Shown: positions 59,699-64,000 of the stretch, piece after piece
Position numbering within the stretch: position 1 is the first letter of the stretch
Layout of the letters: every line of letters starts with the position of its first letter
Origin: Candidatus Hodarchaeota archaeon
GTDB lineage: Archaea; Asgardarchaeota; Heimdallarchaeia; Hodarchaeales; Hodarchaeaceae
Length of the DNA: 64,000 nucleotides
Direction: 5' to 3'
Assembly: GCA_016839815.1 (NCBI GenBank)
Contig: JAEOTM010000032.1
Location: forward strand, 32,001 to 96,000
The notes under the pieces: model-generated
The model's database searches: none
Told to the model about the DNA's origin: nothing
Seen by the model: the letters and a program-made list of their open reading frames with translations, nothing else
Position numbers and translations under genes: made by a program

Positions 59699-59999
59699 AC
59701 TATCAATCCTTCAATATACCGTTAATTAAAGGCTTTAATGATAGGATTTTAAGAATTTCTTCATGAGATCAGCTTGAAAATGTGAAAGATTGATTCTTAT
59801 CAACCCTAATCATATTGGAATGCTATTCGGATAGATGTAGTCCATATTAGTTTATAAAGTTCGCGTGTACGCTGAATGGTACTGTTTACACCTGGTTTCA
59901 CTTGAATTAATGCGATTTTAGTTTCAACATTGTATACATTTTACCAGAAACAATTTTGAGTTTAAAAGAAAAAAAAGAAGAATCAAAGATTCTTGATTA

Positions 60000-60563
60000 T
60001 TAATCGTGACTGATCGCTTTTTTCTGTATCAGAGAAATAACCCCACAAGCACCACAGCGGTTCTGACAAGAATGATCATCGAAAAGTTGCTTTACAGAGT
60101 TTGGATGATTGAATAACCAGAAGGGTTTGTCAGCAAATCCTTCTGTTTCTTTAACGAAGAAGCTATTCCGTCTTTTTACTCCTGGAAGATGACTAAGGGG
60201 AAAAGTATCGATAAATTTACTAATTTTCTCCCTCGAATCAGCTACTAAACAGATAACAAGATTATACTCAAAACCTGAAACAGAGAACATCGCGGTAACC
60301 AAAGGACAATCTTGGAAATATTCCAAGATTGCTTGTTCAGTATCGGGATTTGTTATTTCAATAAAGGATAGAGCATGACTAAATTTGAGCTGTGTGATAT
60401 TAATTCCAATACCTGGAGAAATCAGATTTTTTTCCTCAAGATCATCAAATCTCGCTTTAATAGTTCCTTTAGCATAGCTTAAGTCTTTTGCAGCTTGATT
60501 AAAAGAACAACGTGGATGCTTTTGAAAATAATCAATAATTTTCTTGTCTTTTTCGTCTATCAT
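60000..60563 (-). CDS. Lrp/AsnC family regulator with Cys-rich C-terminus
   Basis: IDEKDKKII HTH, CPLV...SG.EYNL and C-terminal HSCQNRCGAC. Confidence 0.85.
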   Translation of the reverse strand: MIDEKDKKIIDYFQKHPRCSFNQAAKDLSYAKGTIKARFDDLEEKNLISPGIGINITQLKFSHALSFIEITNPDTEQAILEYFQDCPLVTAMFSVSGFEYNLVICLVADSREKISKFIDTFPLSHLPGVKRRNSFFVKETEGFADKPFWLFNHPNSVKQLFDDHSCQNRCGACGVISLIQKKAISHD

Positions 60564-60603
60564 GCTCTAGAAACCTCTATTTATAACGTTCCCATTTTTT
60601 CTC

Positions 60604-61776
60604 TCACATTCGACCTGATAGGAATCCATAGAAATATAGAAACCGTTGGTACTTCTTAAAATAATAGAATAACCGATTTGAGATATAACCCAAACCAAAG
60701 GGAGGACGATTGTAATTAAAATCGAAAAACATAGCGGAAGTTAGGGAAGTCATCACTAAACAGGTTGCGTGTCCATTATATTTCTCTTTAACCTCAGAAA
60801 TATCAATCTTTCCTTTGAGTACATCAACTAGGTTATGAGCTACCGCCATAGCCTGATAGTGGGCTGAAGAACCCGCTTTAGATACAGGTAGGTTTGCAGT
60901 ATCACCAAGAGCGAAAATAAAGGGAAATTCCTCATTTTGAAGAGTTTTTGTATTCACATTCACCCAACCAGATTCATCTGCGATCGGACTACCCTGGAGG
61001 TAAAGCTGCCCCGTATGAGGGGGAACCATAAGAAGAAGATCATATTCAATTTCATCACCTTCAAGTGATTCAACTACCTTCTTATCAGCATGAATTGTTT
61101 CTGTATTGAAGAAAGTATGTAAATTAATGTTTTTCTTGGCAAATTTCTTCTCTATATGAACATTCGCCTTTTCAATTGAAAAAGCACCACCAATCGGGCT
61201 CAAGTAATGTAAATTCGTTTTATTACGTAATTTTTTTCGTCTTAGGAAATGTTCCATCATAAATATTCCTTCGAGAGGAGCAACAGGACATTTGAAGGGG
61301 AGATCGGCAATACCAACAACAACATTCCCGCCTGTACCCTTTTCTACAAAATCATCAAGGCTTTTGCGTAATTCATGAATTCCTTCTTCGTTATAATAAT
61401 GATTAGCGCCTTCTTTGAAGCCAGGAACACTATCATAGTCATAATGAGCTCCTGTAGCAATAACTAGATAGTCGAAGGAAAGATTGTTTCCACTAGCAAA
61501 GGAAACAGATTTGTTCTCAATATCTAAGCCAGTAACCTCTTCCTTAAGTATGTTAACTCGCTTATTAACGACTTTTCGAACTGGTTTATACATAGAATTC
61601 AGTGATTTCTTATCAAAGATCCTAAAAGGTAGATCCGCCTCATAAAAAACATTATCTTGTTTTGAGACTAATGTAACGTCAGCTTGTTTTTTAGCTTTAC
61701 GTCCTAGAAGGTTTGCAACAATTACTCCTCCAGTACCTCCTCCTAGTATAACAACTTTGGCTTTTTCTTGACTCAT
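60604..61776 (-). CDS. sqr: Sulfide:quinone oxidoreductase-like flavoprotein (type III-like)
   Basis: GGGTGG, DYLVIATG, KCPVAPLE, ALGD..LPVSKAG and YNGHATC (both active-site Cys present). Confidence 0.85.
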   Translation of the reverse strand: MSQEKAKVVILGGGTGGVIVANLLGRKAKKQADVTLVSKQDNVFYEADLPFRIFDKKSLNSMYKPVRKVVNKRVNILKEEVTGLDIENKSVSFASGNNLSFDYLVIATGAHYDYDSVPGFKEGANHYYNEEGIHELRKSLDDFVEKGTGGNVVVGIADLPFKCPVAPLEGIFMMEHFLRRKKLRNKTNLHYLSPIGGAFSIEKANVHIEKKFAKKNINLHTFFNTETIHADKKVVESLEGDEIEYDLLLMVPPHTGQLYLQGSPIADESGWVNVNTKTLQNEEFPFIFALGDTANLPVSKAGSSAHYQAMAVAHNLVDVLKGKIDISEVKEKYNGHATCLVMTSLTSAMFFDFNYNRPPFGLGYISNRLFYYFKKYQRFLYFYGFLSGRM

Positions 61777-61807
61777 ATGATCACCAAAAAAATAGGAATA
61801 AGGAAAA

Positions 61808-62050
61808 CTATCGTGCTTTCCTTACTTGAAATCTTGTGTACCCGTTTTCTTCAACAACGGCTACCATCTCATGTTTAGCTTTCTCAACCCACTTAGGGAT
61901 GTCTTTTATTGAGCCTGCGTCTTTAGACCAGACTTCGTATACTTTCCCAGTCTCTCCTTTTTTGATGGATTTAATCAATTCCATTAAGGGACCTGGACAA
62001 AAAGCATTTCTTGCATCCATAACTTTGTCTGCTTGTACTTCATTACTCAT
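61808..62050 (-). CDS. tusA: TusA family sulfur carrier
   Basis: DARNAFCPGP and D.GS..DIPKW motifs. Confidence 0.92.
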   Translation of the reverse strand: MSNEVQADKVMDARNAFCPGPLMELIKSIKKGETGKVYEVWSKDAGSIKDIPKWVEKAKHEMVAVVEENGYTRFQVRKAR

Positions 62051-62078
62051 ATTAATACACCTTTTGTTAAAATTTAAT

Positions 62079-62489
62079 TTAAAGAAACATTACCCGATCA
62101 GCAAGCATTGCCTCTTCAGCAAGAGTATTGACTCCTGCGATTTTATCAACCATAGGAAGAAGATCTTCTTTTTCTAATCCTAAGATTTCTGTGATTTGAA
62201 CACAGGCTACAATTGTTACTTCTCCCAGATCTTTCAAATCTTCGAGCAGCTCTTTCCAATGCAGCAAATTTCCAGCCTTTCTTGCCTGATTGACTTTTTC
62301 TACCACTTCAGGGTAGATACTAGTGACATCTGGTTCAGGAGGAGCATCCTTTTTCAAGGCATAAACCGCATCGTGCATGAAGAAAATAAGTACTTCATGG
62401 TCACTGGTTACCGCTCCAGATGCTATAATTGCTAAGGTCTGCAGTTTATCAGTAGCCGCAGAATCACAAACCATAAGAAATTTTCCCAT
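62079..62489 (-). CDS. DsrE family protein
   Basis: FFMHDAV, IVAC and AGV motifs. Confidence 0.8.
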   Translation of the reverse strand: MGKFLMVCDSAATDKLQTLAIIASGAVTSDHEVLIFFMHDAVYALKKDAPPEPDVTSIYPEVVEKVNQARKAGNLLHWKELLEDLKDLGEVTIVACVQITEILGLEKEDLLPMVDKIAGVNTLAEEAMLADRVMFL

Positions 62490-62523
62490 CTAACTCACCT
62501 AGAAAAAATAAGAAAAGAGAAAA

Positions 62524-63012
62524 TTACATGAAAAGGGTGATATCAGCATCTTTCGCAAATTCAAGGAATGTTGCTGCACCACCAGTCTCGACACCATCAA
62601 TAATATCGGATTTTTTAATGCCCATGACATCCTGGGTCATCTGACAGGCGATCATACGAACTCCACCTTCAATACAGGCTTCACGGAGTTCCTCAAATTT
62701 TGCGACATTAGCCTTTTTCATCCAGCTTTTCATCATCATCGTCGCAATCCGGGTCATTCCAGGCAACATTCCCATCCAATTTGGAACGGGTATTAGTCCG
62801 AATGCTTTCGGTGCTGCAGGATTAGCTATGGGGCTAACTTTGAGGTCCTTACTACGTTTTTTGTGAATTAGATCGAAACCATAGAATGTAAAGAAAATCG
62901 CGACTTCCATATCCATGGCCACACCTGTTGAAGCTAGGAGAACAGGGGGATAAGCTGCATCAAGAGTTCCTTGGGATGCAATAATTGCCATACGTTTAGG
63001 TTTTTCACTCAT
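62524..63012 (-). CDS. DsrE2-type sulfur-relay protein
   Basis: GTLD.AYPP, FFTFYG, IACQMT and GAATFL motifs. Confidence 0.9.
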   Translation of the reverse strand: MSEKPKRMAIIASQGTLDAAYPPVLLASTGVAMDMEVAIFFTFYGFDLIHKKRSKDLKVSPIANPAAPKAFGLIPVPNWMGMLPGMTRIATMMMKSWMKKANVAKFEELREACIEGGVRMIACQMTQDVMGIKKSDIIDGVETGGAATFLEFAKDADITLFM

Positions 63013-63025
63013 AATGTCGCATCCT

Positions 63026-63262
63026 TTACTTCATTCGTTTGACTAAATATCGATAATCTTTTGGACCTAACTCTTCAGAAGAAAGAAGATCTTGTCCAGT
63101 GGTACGTGTCCAAGCAGGAATATCAGCCATACTTCCAGGGTCAGTTGATAGTATTTCTAAAATTTGACCGATTTCCATTTCTTTCAAAGCTTTCTTTGAT
63201 TTTAGAACTGGCATTGGGCAACTCAAGCCGCGCGCATCTAAGGTTTTATGTACTTGACTCAT
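63026..63262 (-). CDS. tusA: TusA family sulfur carrier (true start probably ATG 63262; track starts at 63388)
   Basis: LDARGLSCPMP and TDPGS.ADI.AW motifs; AAGGATGA upstream of the ATG. Confidence 0.92.
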   Translation of the reverse strand: MSQVHKTLDARGLSCPMPVLKSKKALKEMEIGQILEILSTDPGSMADIPAWTRTTGQDLLSSEELGPKDYRYLVKRMK

Positions 63263-63444
63263 ATTATTTTCATCCTTAAGTGTTTGATTAAGTGTTTCTT
63301 TGTTATTACCATTATTTGTAGTGAATAGTTCCAAAATCTTTGAATCTTTGGCTAGGAATTCCGAACTAAGGATGGTTTGAGGTTTCAAACCACCGTTTGG
63401 ATTGTTAAGAGTGGTTATGTGCGTTGAAACTATTCAATGTACAG

Positions 63445-63478
63445 CTTTGCCAATGAGTTTATAAATCAATTGGCGAAG
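63445..63478. promoter_or_regulatory. Imperfect 34-bp dyad centred on TTTATAAA upstream of the tusA-dsrE-sqr operon
   Basis: CTTTGCCAAT-GAG-TTTATAAA-TCA-ATTGGCGAAG; 13 of 17 symmetric pairs match. Confidence 0.5.
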
Positions 63479-63677
63479 TGGACACAAAGGCATCTATTGC
63501 CGTAATTTCTCTATTTCTTAACTATAGAAGAGATTTTTTGTAATAAATTACTCTATATACTGGAAAATGGGAAAAAAGAGGGATTAAGTCTAATTTAATT
63601 TTTACTCCATGCAAAAAAAATTACCCCGTAGATACCTCTGATGGTATCTTTAAGTTGATTAGACTTCTTTTTCAATC

Positions 63678-63695
63678 ATTGACCAATTGGTCAAT
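63678..63695. promoter_or_regulatory. Perfect 18-bp palindrome, candidate operator
   Basis: ATTGACCAATTGGTCAAT in intergenic DNA. Confidence 0.45.
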
Positions 63696-64000
63696 TAGCC
63701 TCTACTTCAAATTAAAATTCTCTTTTTGGTAAAACAATGATAAAACTCGAAAAATTATTTCCTTCTGGATATTTTCCTTCCTATTTAAAATTAAACTCTA
63801 ACTATTCAATAAAAAGGCTGTATCATATCCTTTAGGGAAATTCTTGAGATTGGATTCAATAATTTGTTCTGAAATTTCCTTTCGATCTCTTCACGTTTTG
63901 GTGTTGAAAATTTTTGATATTTATAACCATATACTCACTGTTGTCAGAATATTGAGAGGTCAGAGATATAAACCTTTATCTAATCTGGTATACAGAGAGC

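Noticed and set aside
3082-63279. Many short ORFs overlapping larger genes (e.g. 3831-4223, 11123-11551, 34103-34498, 51563-52039, 56237-56593)
   Set aside because: They are antisense or alternate-frame to well-supported genes and carry no recognisable motifs.
63700-64000. Partial CDS at the right edge
   Set aside because: The minus-strand frames I read contain stops, and no convincing coding segment was seen.
1-64000. CRISPR arrays, tRNA/rRNA genes, transposases, integrases
   Set aside because: No regularly spaced repeats, GC-rich structured RNA segments or mobile-element motifs were seen by eye.

Overview
A 64-kb, AT-rich, gene-dense archaeal chromosome segment. It most likely comes from an Asgard archaeon (Heimdallarchaeia/Hodarchaeales-like). 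This is inferred from the combination of an archaeal histone, the archaeal pantoate kinase/PPS CoA pathway, a Rab-like GTPase with longin/roadblock proteins, large TPR proteins and PGF-CTERM surface proteins. I saw no rRNA, tRNA, CRISPR array or transposase. Housekeeping content includes a coaBC-panE-pok-pps-panB operon, nfo, XPF, dinB, sfsA, thpR, a histone and two M42 peptidases. Most notable: (1) a ~12.5-kb sulfur-trafficking/redox island with tusA-mvhD-hdrA-hdrA-wHTH-qmoC-like genes (no HdrB or AprAB) and tusA-dsrE2-dsrE-tusA-sqr-lrp; (2) an MFS transporter fused to a cytosolic longin-like domain, close to a Rab-like GTPase and a longin-roadblock gene; (3) a ~975-bp tandem duplication of PGF-CTERM surface-protein genes in which each unit carries its own copy of the 3' end of the longin-roadblock gene, resembling cassette integration; (4) an isopentenyl-phosphate-kinase/RNase Z-like MBL fusion; (5) a HEAT-repeat protein with about 9 tandem winged-helix repeats (UFL1/PCI-like); (6) an apparent ATA start codon. 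All domain calls come from motif recognition by eye, not database searches.
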